Shown here in pieces: positions 29,817 through 43,355 of a DNA stretch of 46,173 bases (positions are counted from its first letter, which is position 1; every line of letters begins with the position of its first letter). The translations under genes and the position numbers were made by a program. Under the pieces are notes generated by a model. It made no database searches, was not told where the DNA came from, and saw only the letters and a program-made list of their open reading frames with translations. This DNA comes from a bacterium (GTDB lineage: Bacteria > SZUA-182 > DTGQ01): NCBI GenBank assembly GCA_040752695.1, contig JBFMGO010000035.1:1-46173 (forward strand). Reading direction: 5' to 3'.

Positions 29817-30884
29817 TCAGGCGACCCTCTTTAATTCTTCCGCCTGAAAAGTGGTAATGAGCTGATCGATGATTTCCTGAATGTTTCCGAGCAGAATCGA
29901 GTCAAGTTTATAGAGGGTCAGCCCGATCCTATGATCGGTGATCCGGTTTTGGGGGAAGTTATAGGTGCGGATTTTCTCACTCCTCTCTCCCGACCCTACC
30001 TGCAAGCGCCGATTCTGGGAGATTTCACTTTGCTGCTCCTTCTGAAACTTGTCCATCAGCCGGGAGCGAAGCACCCGCAGAGCCTTGGCCTTGTTTTTGT
30101 GTTGAGATTTCTCATCCTGGCAGGAAACCACTAACCCGGTAGGAATATGAGTAATCCGGACCGCAGAGTCTGTAGTATTGACGCTTTGCCCGCCCGGTCC
30201 GGAGGAGCGAAAAATATCGACTCTGATATCGTTCGGGTCGATATGAATGTCGATCTCTTCCGCTTCGGGCAATACGGCGACGGTTACGGTAGAGGTATGA
30301 ATTCTTCCGGAAGCTTCCGTGACCGGCACTCTCTGAACCCTGTGCACACCGCTTTCAAACTTCAATTGACTATAGACCTTCTCGCCACGAATCCCGACTA
30401 TTACCTCTTTAATTCCGCCGACTCCCGTAGCATGGATGTCCAGGATTTCCGCTCTCCACCCCTGAATCTCAGCATACTTCAGATACATGCGGAGCAAATC
30501 TCCGCCAAAAAGCGCGGCTTCTTCTCCACCGGTACCGGCCCGAATTTCCAGGATGATGTTTTTCTCATCGTTCGGATCTCTGGGAAGCAGCAAAATGCGA
30601 AGTTCCTGCTCGAAAGATTCCTTCCTGGACAGATACTCTTCCAGCTCGATTTTGGCTAACTCCCGCAACTCTTCATCCTTGCTGCGGTTGATAATGTCCC
30701 TGGCCTCTTCTATATCTGCGCAGACCTTTTTGTATTCCTGGTATTTGGAAACGATCTCGGCAATTTCCGCATGCTGCTTAGAGTAGTCACGAAATGACTC
30801 CTGATCCGCAATTATTTTCGGGTCACTGAGCCTCTTGTTCAACTCATCGAATTTCTTTTCTACTTCAGCTAACTTATGAAACAT
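29817..30884 (-). CDS. prfA: Peptide chain release factor 1
   Basis: GGQ motif, PVT recognition loop (RF1 PxT), RAGTGGEEA. Confidence 0.97.
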   Translation of the reverse strand: MFHKLAEVEKKFDELNKRLSDPKIIADQESFRDYSKQHAEIAEIVSKYQEYKKVCADIEEARDIINRSKDEELRELAKIELEEYLSRKESFEQELRILLLPRDPNDEKNIILEIRAGTGGEEAALFGGDLLRMYLKYAEIQGWRAEILDIHATGVGGIKEVIVGIRGEKVYSQLKFESGVHRVQRVPVTEASGRIHTSTVTVAVLPEAEEIDIHIDPNDIRVDIFRSSGPGGQSVNTTDSAVRITHIPTGLVVSCQDEKSQHKNKAKALRVLRSRLMDKFQKEQQSEISQNRRLQVGSGERSEKIRTYNFPQNRITDHRIGLTLYKLDSILLGNIQEIIDQLITTFQAEELKRVA

Positions 30885-30980
30885 GTTCTCGCCTACCCCC
30901 GGGACATCTTCATGGCATCCATTGCTGCCTGCACATCCGTTGCCGCCTGCTGCCTTAAAGATTGTAATGTGTTGAGCAGA

Positions 30981-31199
30981 TTATTTCCCCATCTTTTGTG
31001 CTTTTTCATACCGTCTCCGGAATTTTTCGATCCGTCCGGCAGTATCAATCAATCTCTGTTCGGCACCTGTATAAAAAGGATGGCACTTGGAGCAAATTTC
31101 AACATGCATCTGCGCCTTGGTGGAGCGGGTATGAATAACCTCACCGCAGGCACAGCTGATAACAGCTTCTTGATATTGAGGATGAATTTCTTTCTTCAT
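30981..31199 (-). CDS. rpmE: 50S ribosomal protein L31 (Zn-binding type)
   Basis: [29 protein letters not shown]. Confidence 0.97.
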   Translation of the reverse strand: MKKEIHPQYQEAVISCACGEVIHTRSTKAQMHVEICSKCHPFYTGAEQRLIDTAGRIEKFRRRYEKAQKMGK

Positions 31200-31265
31200 T
31201 CTTTATCTCCTTCTCTTTTAATAGACAATTCGGTAGTAGATAGTGTCTCTTCAGCAAGATCCTCA

Positions 31266-31294
31266 ATTTTAATCTAATATTTCAACTTAGGCAA
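31266..31294 (-). promoter_or_regulatory. sigma70-type promoter of rpmE-prfA-prmC
   Basis: TTGCCT-N17-TAAAAT. Confidence 0.55.
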
Positions 31295-31322
31295 GGGAAA
31301 AGAGGGAGGAAAAAAACTTGGG

Positions 31323-32579
31323 TTAATCTTCCATCTTATTCATGTAGTTTAGAAACTCTTCATTACCCTTGGTTTCCCGCAATTTCTCCTGGAGGAATTC
31401 CATCTTCTCCACCACACTCAAAGGCGAGAGAATCTTGCGCAGGATCCACACACGGTTCAGTTGATTCTGGCTCAGCAGTAACTCTTCTTTCCGGGTTCCG
31501 GAACGATCGATGTCGATGGCCGGAAAGATTCTCTTATCGACTAGCTTGCGGTCCAGATGGATCTCCATATTTCCCGTACCTTTGAACTCTTCAAAAATAA
31601 CATCGTCCATTCGGCTTCCGGTATCCACAAGAGCAGTGGCAATGATGGTCAGGCTGCCTCCCTCTTCGATATTCCGGGCTGTACCGAAAAACCGTTTCGG
31701 CCACTGGAGGGCATTGGCATCAATACCGCCAGAGAGGATCTTGCCGCTGGAAGGAATAATGGCATTATACGCCCTGGCCAGACGGGTGATGCTGTCGAGA
31801 AGGATAACCACGTCATTTTTGTATTCTACCAACCGTTTGGCCTTTTCAATGACCATCTGAGCAACCTGTATATGCCGCTCCGGCGGCTCGTCGAAGGTTG
31901 AACTGACAACCTCTCCATCAACCGAACGCTGCATATCGGTAACCTCTTCCGGACGCTCATCAATCAGGAGCACGATCAGAAATACCTCCGGGTGATTTCT
32001 CGTGACGCTGTTGGCAATCGACTGCAGAAGCATGGTCTTCCCAGTCCTGGGAGGTGCCACGATCAGACCCCTTTGCCCCTTACCGATAGGGGTTAAGAGG
32101 TCCATTATCCGGCCACAAAGCTCGTTGGATGCTGTTTCCAGACTCAGCCTCCTGTTCGGATAGAGAGGGGTCAGGTTATCGAACAGAATCTTCAGCTTGG
32201 CCATCTCCGGGTTCTCACGGTTGACCGCCTCTACCTTCAAAAGGGCAAAATACTTCTCATTGTCTTTTGGAGGGCGGATTTGACCGGAAACCGTATCTCC
32301 GGTCTGAAGGTCAAATTTCCGGATCTGCGACGGAGAGATATAAATATCGTCCGGTCCCGGCAGGTAGTTATAATCCGGGGCACGTAAAAAGCCAAAGCCG
32401 TCCGGCAGGGTTTCCAGAACCCCTTCGCCAAAGATAAACCCGTTCTTTTCCGTCTGGGTCTGGAGAATTTTAAAAATCAGCTCCGACTTCCTCAGGTTAC
32501 TGATTGACGTCACTCCTAACTCTTTAGCCACATCACTCAATTCGCACATATTTTTTTGTTTAAGCTCAGCGATATTCAT
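31323..32579 (-). CDS. rho: Transcription termination factor Rho
   Basis: [44 protein letters not shown]; no N-terminal insertion. Confidence 0.98.
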   Translation of the reverse strand: MNIAELKQKNMCELSDVAKELGVTSISNLRKSELIFKILQTQTEKNGFIFGEGVLETLPDGFGFLRAPDYNYLPGPDDIYISPSQIRKFDLQTGDTVSGQIRPPKDNEKYFALLKVEAVNRENPEMAKLKILFDNLTPLYPNRRLSLETASNELCGRIMDLLTPIGKGQRGLIVAPPRTGKTMLLQSIANSVTRNHPEVFLIVLLIDERPEEVTDMQRSVDGEVVSSTFDEPPERHIQVAQMVIEKAKRLVEYKNDVVILLDSITRLARAYNAIIPSSGKILSGGIDANALQWPKRFFGTARNIEEGGSLTIIATALVDTGSRMDDVIFEEFKGTGNMEIHLDRKLVDKRIFPAIDIDRSGTRKEELLLSQNQLNRVWILRKILSPLSVVEKMEFLQEKLRETKGNEEFLNYMNKMED

Positions 32580-33133
32580 TAGCGCTCATCCCTTATAAAT
32601 GATCTTCCTTGAAAAATGTAACTTCCTTTCCACGACTGTGTTTGTGTATCGCCCAACTTTGCACCGCACTTCCCTTGTCCTCATCTTACCTTCCTTCGCT
32701 TAGCAATAGGATACATACCTTATTACTGAAATTACTACGATTTTTTTACCGCATCGAGGAAGGTAATAACGATTTACAAAAATCAGTGCACTGTTCTTAT
32801 CGGCAGAAAGTCTGATAACGACTTCTTTTAAGGCTTACATTCCACTTCGAGAGCTTCCTCACTCGAGGAGTGAAACAAGAAAACCTTAAGGCGTAACGCC
32901 ACTCTCCTAAAACTTTCAAAAAAATAAATCCATAATCATAGACAGTGTACTGTTGACCGCATATTTTCCCATTCAGGGAAGGGAAGCTTATTATTGAAGC
33001 TTGTTCTTAATCTCTTTGCTGTAAATCTTACTGGATAAGCAAACCTTTATATTAGCTTGATCGTTGGGTTAGATAAAAAGTTCCTTTAGGTAGGTGGAAG
33101 TATCCTACATCTGTGGATTTTATTACTAAATAA

Positions 33134-33162
33134 AGTATACCTACACTAACCACAACTGTCAA
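33134..33162 (-). promoter_or_regulatory. sigma70-type promoter about 550 bp upstream of rho
   Basis: TTGACA-N17-TATACT just downstream of the sigma gene stop codon. Confidence 0.75.
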
Positions 33163-33167
33163 GCATT

Positions 33168-34127
33168 TTATTCTTCTCTCCTTAAAAATTTCCGCAGTTT
33201 TCGAAAAGCGGAACCTTCAATTTGCCGGATCCTCTCGCGGGTAACTCCAAACCGCTGGCCGATCTGCTCCAGGGTCATCCCTCCTCCGCCGTCAAGGCCA
33301 AACCGCAAGCGCATAATTTCATTTTCATTTTCACTCAAGAGGCTCAGCAATATGGAGATATATTCTTTCCGCTTGAATGCATCCATCAATTCATCCGGCA
33401 TCGGAGTGGAGGTGTCCTCCAGAAAATCTCGAACAGGAGCATTGCCTCGCGTCTCTAAGAGAGCATCCAGGGAGATATTTTTCTGCAAAAGGTCCTGTAA
33501 CTCCTTTATCTTGGCCACAGGCAACTCCATCACCTGAGACAACTCCAGACAGGTCGGATCTCTGCCCAGTTTTTGAGCCATGCTCCGCAACACATGGACA
33601 AAGCGGTTAACGGTCTCTGCTACGTTAATCGGCAAACGGATGGTTCCCGAATGCTTGGCCAGGGAACGGATGATTGATTGCTTTATCCACCAGGTGGCAT
33701 ACGTGCTGAACCTGTAGCCCCGGTCAGGATCGTACCGCTCCACGGCTTTGATCAAGCCCAGGTTCCCCTCTTCGATCAAATCAAGAAGTGGGAGACCCCG
33801 GTTTACATACCTCTTGGCTATACTGATGACCAGCCGCAGATTTCCCTTGATCATACCTGCGCGGGCTTCAGTTTCTCCCTGACATGCTCTTTTCGCCAGG
33901 TGATATTCCTCTTCCGCTGTAAGGGTATTCAAACGGCTTACATCAGTGAAGTATTGCTGTACAGGGTCAAAGCTAACCCTTTTCCTGCCTCGCCCCTTTT
34001 GCTCGTCTTGGCCCAAGTCCTCCTCTTCCTGCCGGGCAGGTTCCTCACCGTCAGGAAGAAAATCCTCATCATCAAGCTCAGGCAAAGCATCCTCAGACAG
34101 ATCTCTTATAAAGAACTTTTCCACCAT
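33168..34127 (-). CDS. rpoS: sigma70-family group 2 sigma factor, RpoS-like
   Basis: NLRLVISIAKRY, DLIEEGNLGL, RFSTYATWWI, TLEQIG...TRERIRQIE; no region 1.1; pcm-nlpD-rpoS synteny. Confidence 0.8.
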   Translation of the reverse strand: MVEKFFIRDLSEDALPELDDEDFLPDGEEPARQEEEDLGQDEQKGRGRKRVSFDPVQQYFTDVSRLNTLTAEEEYHLAKRACQGETEARAGMIKGNLRLVISIAKRYVNRGLPLLDLIEEGNLGLIKAVERYDPDRGYRFSTYATWWIKQSIIRSLAKHSGTIRLPINVAETVNRFVHVLRSMAQKLGRDPTCLELSQVMELPVAKIKELQDLLQKNISLDALLETRGNAPVRDFLEDTSTPMPDELMDAFKRKEYISILLSLLSENENEIMRLRFGLDGGGGMTLEQIGQRFGVTRERIRQIEGSAFRKLRKFLRREE

Positions 34128-34187
34128 TGTGTCCTTTTTTTCCGTGAATAGCTGGATGGATATCTGATTCCCTATAAGTGTTATCGA

Positions 34188-34859
34188 CTAGGGAAGGTAA
34201 GAAATCGGATCAAATGCTTTTTGTTGGTAGCGAATTTCAAAATGGAGGTAGGCACCCCCATCATCCCCGCTTTGCCCAACCCTTGCGATGGCCTCTTTGG
34301 CGAGGACCGTTCTGTTTACCTGGACCAGGTTTTCCTGATTATGGGCATAGACCGTGGTGTACCCCCCCTGATGCTGAAGGATGATTATTTTGCCGTACCC
34401 TTTCAGGTCGCTGCTCGCGTAAATCACCTGTCCGGGGGCCGCAGCCTGGACGATTGTACCGGCAGGAGCCTGAATGTCGATTCCCTCACAGCGCTTAAGG
34501 CCGTCTTGACCAAAATTACGAATAACTTCTCCTTGCAGAGGCCAGGAAAATGCGAGAACAGAGCAGGTAGCTGGTACCGAAAGCACTCTTTTGCCTCCGG
34601 ATATCCATAACTTTTGTCCTGCGTAAATTTGATGGGCACTTTTAAGATGGTTATCGGCACAGAGCTTTTGAAGCGGGACCTTATAGACTTGAGCAATCTT
34701 CCATAGGGTCTGCCCCTTTTGAACACAGTGAAATACTCCCTCCCCTGGCACACGATTTTCCTGCTCCAGGGCGCAGGAGGATCCAAGATGGCCTATACAG
34801 CCGGTAAAAATAAAAAAGGCAAGGAATATTCCCAGACATATTTTCAGGTAGATCCGCAT
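34188..34859 (-). CDS. nlpD: LysM + M23 peptidase-family lipoprotein (NlpD-like)
   Basis: Lipobox FTGC, LysM (VQKGQTLWKIA), M23-like GIDI, YAH, LHFEIR; upstream of rpoS. Confidence 0.82.
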   Translation of the reverse strand: MRIYLKICLGIFLAFFIFTGCIGHLGSSCALEQENRVPGEGVFHCVQKGQTLWKIAQVYKVPLQKLCADNHLKSAHQIYAGQKLWISGGKRVLSVPATCSVLAFSWPLQGEVIRNFGQDGLKRCEGIDIQAPAGTIVQAAAPGQVIYASSDLKGYGKIIILQHQGGYTTVYAHNQENLVQVNRTVLAKEAIARVGQSGDDGGAYLHFEIRYQQKAFDPISYLP

Positions 34860-34932
34860 GATGGTAAGATCCGGAAAGATCGGGTCGGCAGTCAATAGCA
34901 GTGGTAATAGACCCTTATAGATAGATTACGGA

Positions 34933-35007
<75 letters not shown>

Positions 35008-35218
35008 ATCTTTAGCTTTCATCTTCAGGTAAGCGATTTGGTGTTACTTTCAGCACTCTTGAACTACCGCTTAACAAAATATCAGAAACGGAAAATTTTC
35101 TCAAGCATTATTAATCCGGAATTCAAAAGGTCAGTATCCAAAAGAATCCGGGGGCAGTCCCCAGCATCCGGTCTTGAGTCCCCAGGGCTGCATCCAGTCC
35201 CCGTCATCGGAGCATCCA

Positions 35219-35860
35219 TTATCCATTCCATCCATATTCGCCAATGAGTTTTACAAAGGTGCAGCGAAGTTTTTTATCTTCAAAAATCTGCCCGTCCCTC
35301 TTGTAGACAAACCGCAGGGTCTGGCTCTTTTCCGTGCCTACGGGAATTATCATCCTTCCCCCTTCATCGAGCTGTTCACAAAGAGTGACAGGTACGGACG
35401 GCGATGAGGCCGAAACAGCAATGCCATCAAAGGGAGCCTTCTCCGCCCATCCTTTGCTGCCGTCATCTACCATGATTTGAAAATTATGATAGCCTAACTG
35501 CCCCAGTAATCGCTGAGCCTTCTGGGCCAGGCCCTTAATCCTTTCAATGGAGTAAACCTTCTGGCAGATTTCCGCCAGAACTGCTGTCTGGTAGCCCGAT
35601 CCGGTACCGATCTCCAAAATCCGGGAGTTTTTATTCACGGCCAGGGCTTCAATCATGTAACCGACGATAAAGGGTTGAGAAATAGTCTGTTTCTCCCCAA
35701 TCGGCAGGGGATGATCTCCATAAGCACGCATGGCGAAGGCCTCTTCCACGAACAGGTGCCTTGGAATTTTCCGCATGGCCTGTAAAACCCCTGTGTCTTT
35801 AATTCCTCTTGCTATGAGTTGCTCTTGAACCATCCTCTCTCGCTGAATCTGATATTCCAT
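35219..35860 (-). CDS. pcm: Protein-L-isoaspartate O-methyltransferase
   Basis: PRHLFV, QTISQP, LEIGTGSGYQ, APFD, FVKLIG. Confidence 0.95.
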   Translation of the reverse strand: MEYQIQRERMVQEQLIARGIKDTGVLQAMRKIPRHLFVEEAFAMRAYGDHPLPIGEKQTISQPFIVGYMIEALAVNKNSRILEIGTGSGYQTAVLAEICQKVYSIERIKGLAQKAQRLLGQLGYHNFQIMVDDGSKGWAEKAPFDGIAVSASSPSVPVTLCEQLDEGGRMIIPVGTEKSQTLRFVYKRDGQIFEDKKLRCTFVKLIGEYGWNG

Positions 35861-35907
35861 CGATCATGTGCTCCACGTTGGCAGCCGCTCCCATGCATCT
35901 TTTTACG

Positions 35908-37317
35908 CTATACGACAGCAACGGTCTGTTCTACATTGTGCATTTTCCGTTTGATACTCCTCGCTGCCACTACGCCGGAAATCGAGGCCTGCATCAGACC
36001 TCTGGTCAATCCCGCTCCATCACCGATGGCATAAAGATTACTGACCGGCGTCTCAAAAGACTGTGTCAGCTTCAAACGCAGGGAGTAAAACTTGACTTCG
36101 AGGCCGTATAAAAGTGTGTGCCGGGAATTGAGTCCCGGGGCCAGATTATCCATGACCTCCAGCATTTCAATAATGTTGGATAAGTAGCGATAGGGCAGGA
36201 CGAAACTTAAGTCCCCCGGTGTTGCCTCGGGGAGAGAGGGGTGAATCACATTCCTTTTTATTCGATCCGCGGTCGAACGCCTGCCCGTTAACAGATCCCC
36301 AAGCCGCTGCACAATGATCCCACCGCTTAATAAATTGGCAAGACGGGCCAGATAACGACCATAGGATATCGGACGATCAAAGGGTTCGGTAAAATTCGTA
36401 CTGACTAAAAGAGCAAAATTGGTATTTTCCGTTTTGCTCCTGGCATAACTGTGGCCATTGACCAGGTGAATTCCCTGACAATACTCATTGACCACCTTGC
36501 CGTAAGGATTCATGCAGAAGGTACGCACGCGGTCATCGAAACGCCGGCTGTGAAAGATTAATTTCGGCTCATAGGTGATCTGAGTAAGGGGCTCCATCAC
36601 TGCTGCCGGAGCCTCAACCCGGACGCCAATGTCAACAGGGTTTTTCAAGGTAATCAGATGCAGACGGTCAGCCTCTCTTTTCAACCAGTTAGCCCCTACT
36701 CGTCCCGGTGCCACAACCACAAAATCCGAAAAAATTTTCTCTCCTGCTCCCGTACGAACTCCGATGGCAGATCCATTCTGAATTAAAATTTCCTGAACCG
36801 GTGTGGTGAAGCGAGCCTCCACTTTGGAGTCAAGGTACTGCCGGAACGCTTTGAGAACCTCCAGGCATTGGTCAGTACCCATATGCCGGATGCGGGAGGG
36901 GATCAAAGTCAGATTGTGCAAGGATGCCTTTCGCTGAAGCTGAATAATAGCCTCCGCATCAGTACCGTATACATACTCCGGTGCACCAAAGCCGCAGTAA
37001 AACTGATCGACATAACAGATCAGTTCTTCCATCTCTTTCGGGGACAGATACTCGGCCAGGGACCCGCCGACATCGGAGGAAAGGGTGAGCTTGCCATCGC
37101 TGTAAGCTCCGGCACCACCCCATCCGGAAAGCAAAGCACAGGGCTGGCACCGATGGCAGGCGATTTTCCGCTCCGCAGCAAGACACTGGCGTTGACCAAT
37201 GTCCAGCCCCTTTTCCAGCATGAGAACTCTCGCCCGGTCGTTTTGCCGGATCAGCTCAAGAGCAGTAAAGATCGCAGCCGGGCCAGTACCGACAATAATT
37301 ACGTCGTACTTTTCCAT
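35908..37317 (-). CDS. Uncharacterized FAD-dependent oxidoreductase (COG2509-like)
   Basis: Rossmann VIIVGTGPA, Cys cluster CLAAERKIACHRCQPC, GWGGAGAYSDGKL, RTFCMNPYG, VNGHS, GDGAGLTRG. Confidence 0.85.
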   Translation of the reverse strand: MEKYDVIIVGTGPAAIFTALELIRQNDRARVLMLEKGLDIGQRQCLAAERKIACHRCQPCALLSGWGGAGAYSDGKLTLSSDVGGSLAEYLSPKEMEELICYVDQFYCGFGAPEYVYGTDAEAIIQLQRKASLHNLTLIPSRIRHMGTDQCLEVLKAFRQYLDSKVEARFTTPVQEILIQNGSAIGVRTGAGEKIFSDFVVVAPGRVGANWLKREADRLHLITLKNPVDIGVRVEAPAAVMEPLTQITYEPKLIFHSRRFDDRVRTFCMNPYGKVVNEYCQGIHLVNGHSYARSKTENTNFALLVSTNFTEPFDRPISYGRYLARLANLLSGGIIVQRLGDLLTGRRSTADRIKRNVIHPSLPEATPGDLSFVLPYRYLSNIIEMLEVMDNLAPGLNSRHTLLYGLEVKFYSLRLKLTQSFETPVSNLYAIGDGAGLTRGLMQASISGVVAARSIKRKMHNVEQTVAVV

Positions 37318-37447
37318 AATCTTATTGAAAAAAATCTCCTGAGGATCAGTCAATGGCCATATATTCAGTCAAAGGCCAGTGCTCGTGAATGCTGAAAAAA
37401 ACAGAAAGGGACATTCTCCATGTCCCTTTCTTACATAACAGAACTGA

Positions 37448-37521
37448 TCGGGGCGAGAGGATTTGAACCTCCGACCACTGACACCCCATGCCAGTGCGCT
37501 ACCAGGCTGCGCTACGCCCCG
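37448..37521 (-). tRNA. tRNA-Pro(GGG)
   Basis: CGGGGCG/CGCCCCG stem, anticodon loop AT-GGG-GT, GGTTCAAATCC. Confidence 0.95.
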
Positions 37522-37594
37522 ATATCATAAGCTCATTTCTATTTTCGCTCCTCTCTCCCTGCTCTTTTCGTAACAGCTTACCCGCATACTATAA

Positions 37595-37996
37595 TCAACT
37601 CGAATAACTTTCCAGGAAGCGCTTGATTTCAATCAGTTTCTTTTTATGCTTTCTTAATATATCCCGTATTTGTCCGTAATCCTCCCTGCACTCTTCCTGT
37701 GCAGGCCCTGATTTTTTCGCCTCCAGCCGATCCAACTCCAAACGTCTCTTGGCTCCGGGAATGGTATAAAGCTCTTCATATAATAATTCTTTGATCCTTT
37801 GCAGGATCAGGATATCCTTTTTCCGATAGACACGCTGCCCCGTTCCATTCTTGGTGGGCCGCAACTGCTTGAATTCCGATTCCCAATAGCGGATCACAAA
37901 CGGCTTTACATCTAAAATCTGACTGACGTCTCCAATCTTGTAAAACATTTTTTCCGGGAATCCCGCTTCATTCTTCCCCGGAGACTCTTCCTTCAT
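37595..37996 (-). CDS. MerR-family HTH regulator (conserved type upstream of tRNA-Pro)
   Basis: KMFYKIGDVS...IRYWESEF..LRP.K...QRVY...LLYEELYTIPGA. Confidence 0.9.
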   Translation of the reverse strand: MKEESPGKNEAGFPEKMFYKIGDVSQILDVKPFVIRYWESEFKQLRPTKNGTGQRVYRKKDILILQRIKELLYEELYTIPGAKRRLELDRLEAKKSGPAQEECREDYGQIRDILRKHKKKLIEIKRFLESYSS

Positions 37997-38071
37997 TTTT
38001 CAGCCAGCTCCACCTGCTCTCACTACAGACAGCACTCCCTCATGAACTGCGTGGTTATTGTCATCCTTACT

Positions 38072-38962
38072 TCACTCATCCGAAGCAGGAATCTGTGTAG
38101 TTACAGCGGCATCAGGAAATCCTTTCCCATTAAGCTGCCTTTGTTCCTCCATAGCTGCCTCACGATGAGAATATGCGCCTAAAAAAACAGAGTATGTTTT
38201 CACTCTCGTCTCTTCGCGTATAATATTACCAGAATATCCTTTATGTTTCAAACTTTTTAATAAGCTTTTTGCACTTTCCGGATAATAGCATGATCCTGCC
38301 CTGATAGTATATTGATTTTTAGAATCTTTCTTCAAATAAACCGCAAACCCGTCATTTGTCAACCGATCAACCGTTTTATGAATGCTCGACGAATCCGAAG
38401 CTACATAAACGTTTTCCATCATGACAGCGTCATGTGCTCCAATGATCTTTGGCGAATAGTTCATGAGAGTAAGACGGTCTGCCGCTTTTTCAATCTCGTT
38501 TTTCACTACGCCAGAGCACACTTTTATATAGTATTCTGTTCCTTTTGTCTCTTTTACCTCTTGTACGGCACTCTCCTGACCAGATTCATCGCGGATACTA
38601 CTATTATCTTCCCGTGTATTTTTAACCTGAACAACATCTTTCCGGGCGATTCCCTCGTGGCCAGCACCTTCCTGACCATCCCCGACAGAGTCCTGGCCTG
38701 GGGAAGGACTTTCTACCGGGAGCGCGCCATCCTGCTGTTCCCCGCTGAGAGAATCAACCTGCACCGCCTTTGGATCTGCCTTGCCCGTATGATATACCTT
38801 ATTCAAAAGAAACCAGTATTGATAAATATCGCCATGCTTATACCAGAAAAAAGCAACCACCGTAGTCAGGGCAATCAAGGCTCCACCCAGGAGAATCCTT
38901 TTCGCCCAACTCCCTTGACTGGATTTTTTTCTTGCGGATGGAGAAAAATTGACGTTTTTCAT
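38072..38962 (-). CDS. Membrane-anchored SPOR-domain protein
   Basis: Basic N-terminus, single TM helix, low-complexity linker, SPOR-like YTIRAG and YSVFLGAYSHREAA...L...GF. Confidence 0.7.
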   Translation of the reverse strand: MKNVNFSPSARKKSSQGSWAKRILLGGALIALTTVVAFFWYKHGDIYQYWFLLNKVYHTGKADPKAVQVDSLSGEQQDGALPVESPSPGQDSVGDGQEGAGHEGIARKDVVQVKNTREDNSSIRDESGQESAVQEVKETKGTEYYIKVCSGVVKNEIEKAADRLTLMNYSPKIIGAHDAVMMENVYVASDSSSIHKTVDRLTNDGFAVYLKKDSKNQYTIRAGSCYYPESAKSLLKSLKHKGYSGNIIREETRVKTYSVFLGAYSHREAAMEEQRQLNGKGFPDAAVTTQIPASDE

Positions 38963-39156
38963 GGTTCAATCCTATCTACCTCTCCCGCGATGTTTCCCAC
39001 CTTTGGTGAGTATCCATATCGCGATAGATGCAGAAGGCTCCCCCCTCCAAAAAAGATACGATTCAATAATACACTCCTCTAAAACTCATCCACCGGCCAG
39101 GAGTCAACTTGTCATCTGACCCGTTAGCGATTGCTGACGCATACCTGAGCCTGGCC

Positions 39157-39735
39157 TTACACAAAGACCTTTATGGCTTCTTCGTAGAGATTCTGAAAAC
39201 GAAGAATTCGGTCGATAATTTCCCGCACAGCGCCGCCCCCTCCCGGAGCCCGCGTCACATAGTGTGCTGCCCGCTTGACTTCGTCCACTGCATCTGCCAC
39301 AGCAACGGCCAGTCCGACTTCACGAAGGACAGGCAGGTCATTGACGTCGTCACCGATATAGCAGGACTGCTCTTTGTCCAGGCCATATTTCTGGAGAAGC
39401 TGGGAAAACGGCTCTACTTTACGGATTACCCCCTGATATACATCCAAAAGGTGCAATTCAGCAGCCCTGCGGGCTACAAGTTCCGATTCCCGTCCGCTGA
39501 TGAGGGCAACCTTCAATCCTGCCTGCCGGGCCAGGGTTATGCCCATACCGTCCTTGATGCTGAAGGACCGGACCTCGCCCTCCCTTTGGGTATAGATAAG
39601 CCTGCTCTCTGCCAATACTCCATCCACGTCCATTGCTATCAGGCAAATTCGGCGGCTTCTGGCTTCCAGGTCTTTATCTGAACATTTCCCCGGATCTAAT
39701 TCTCTATCCGGCTCTTTATCCGACACCGGTGGCAT
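39157..39735 (-). CDS. kdsC: KDO 8-phosphate phosphatase (HAD family)
   Basis: MDVDGVL, KDGMGI, ISGR, GDDVND, GGGGAVREI. Confidence 0.93.
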   Translation of the reverse strand: MPPVSDKEPDRELDPGKCSDKDLEARSRRICLIAMDVDGVLAESRLIYTQREGEVRSFSIKDGMGITLARQAGLKVALISGRESELVARRAAELHLLDVYQGVIRKVEPFSQLLQKYGLDKEQSCYIGDDVNDLPVLREVGLAVAVADAVDEVKRAAHYVTRAPGGGGAVREIIDRILRFQNLYEEAIKVFV

Positions 39736-40706
39736 CAGACTACCCCTGCTTTCAGGAGGTCATGCAGATGAATGACTCCGATCGGCTTCCTTTCCTGGTC
39801 CGTGATCAGAAGGGAAGTGATTGAGTAGGTTTCCATGATCCGCACGGCCTGGGCAGCCAGAGCATCAGGATCGATGGTCTTGGGATGGCAGGTCACGTAG
39901 AGACCCACCGGCCTTGTCAGGAACTCAAGATCCTTTTCCAGTAAACGCCGAAGATCCCCGTCAGTGACAATTCCCATCGACTCCCCTGCCTGGTTGACCA
40001 CGCAGGTCATTCCCAGGCGCTTGCCGCTGATTTCGCATATGGCTTCCTTCATAGGCTGCCATTCGCCCACGACGGGCATTTGATCGCCGGAATGCATCAA
40101 ATCCCTGACCTTCAGCAGCCGCTTGCCCAGTTTTCCTCCAGGATGGAACTGGGCAAACTCCTCCGCCCTGAACCCCCGTTTGCGGATAAGAGCCATAGCC
40201 AGAGCATCGCCAAGGGCTAAAGCCACGGTCGTACTGGCTGTAGGAGCAAGATTCAGCGGGCATGCCTCCTCCTCGATCTCGGCCCGAAGAACGACATCGC
40301 TGAAGCGGGCCAGGGTGGAATTCGGATTGCCTGTAATGGAAATCGTTTTAATCATAAACCGTTGAATAAAGGGGATCAGTTGTCTGATTTCTTCCGTTTC
40401 TCCGCTATTGGAAATGGCAATGACCACATCCCCTTTGACCGCCATTCCCAGGTCCCCGTGAATCGCATCAGCAGGATGCATGAAAAAAGAGGGAGTGCCG
40501 GTGCTCGAGAGGGTTGCGGAAATTTTTTTACAGATCAGGCCTGACTTGCCTATCCCGGTAGTTATCACCCTTTTAGTACACTGATAGAGAATATCAACAG
40601 CATGGATGAATTCCTCCCCAAGCTGCGCTTCCACCTTCAGAATCGAGGCAGCCTCTTTTCTTAGCACTTCCTTGCCCTGTTTTAAAATTGTATCTTGATC
40701 TATCAT
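39735..40706 (-). CDS. kdsD: Arabinose-5-phosphate isomerase (SIS domain + two CBS domains)
   Basis: GIGKSG, HGDLG, SNSGET, APTAST, HPGGKLG, TDGDLRR. Confidence 0.95.
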   Translation of the reverse strand: MIDQDTILKQGKEVLRKEAASILKVEAQLGEEFIHAVDILYQCTKRVITTGIGKSGLICKKISATLSSTGTPSFFMHPADAIHGDLGMAVKGDVVIAISNSGETEEIRQLIPFIQRFMIKTISITGNPNSTLARFSDVVLRAEIEEEACPLNLAPTASTTVALALGDALAMALIRKRGFRAEEFAQFHPGGKLGKRLLKVRDLMHSGDQMPVVGEWQPMKEAICEISGKRLGMTCVVNQAGESMGIVTDGDLRRLLEKDLEFLTRPVGLYVTCHPKTIDPDALAAQAVRIMETYSITSLLITDQERKPIGVIHLHDLLKAGVV

Positions 40707-40715
40707 TATTTTTCC

Positions 40716-43165
<2,450 letters not shown>

Positions 43166-43207
43166 TTATCCCCTTCATTTTTAAAGCCTTACTACATATA
43201 AGCCGCT

Positions 43208-43236
43208 ATTATAGTTAAGAATTGACTTAATTTCAA
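43208..43236 (-). promoter_or_regulatory. sigma70-type promoter of the pyrG-kds operon
   Basis: TTGAAA-N17-TATAAT. Confidence 0.7.
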
Positions 43237-43355
43237 GTAAATTGAACAGCCTTGTCATAAGTAAGGCATCGATTACCCGGTAGTAAGTAATACACTGACA
43301 AGGGCTTCCTGCAGGTGACGCCTTTTTTCAGAAAATCACTGGATATGCCTTCCTT

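Noticed and set aside
29817..30884. Programmed frameshift in the release factor gene
   Set aside because: This is RF1 (PxT motif) with an uninterrupted ORF; the known frameshift is in prfB.
38312..39082. 256-aa plus-strand ORF, and similar antisense ORFs over mlaE, mlaD, cysS and pyrG
   Set aside because: Shadow ORFs opposite well-supported genes, with no recognisable motifs.
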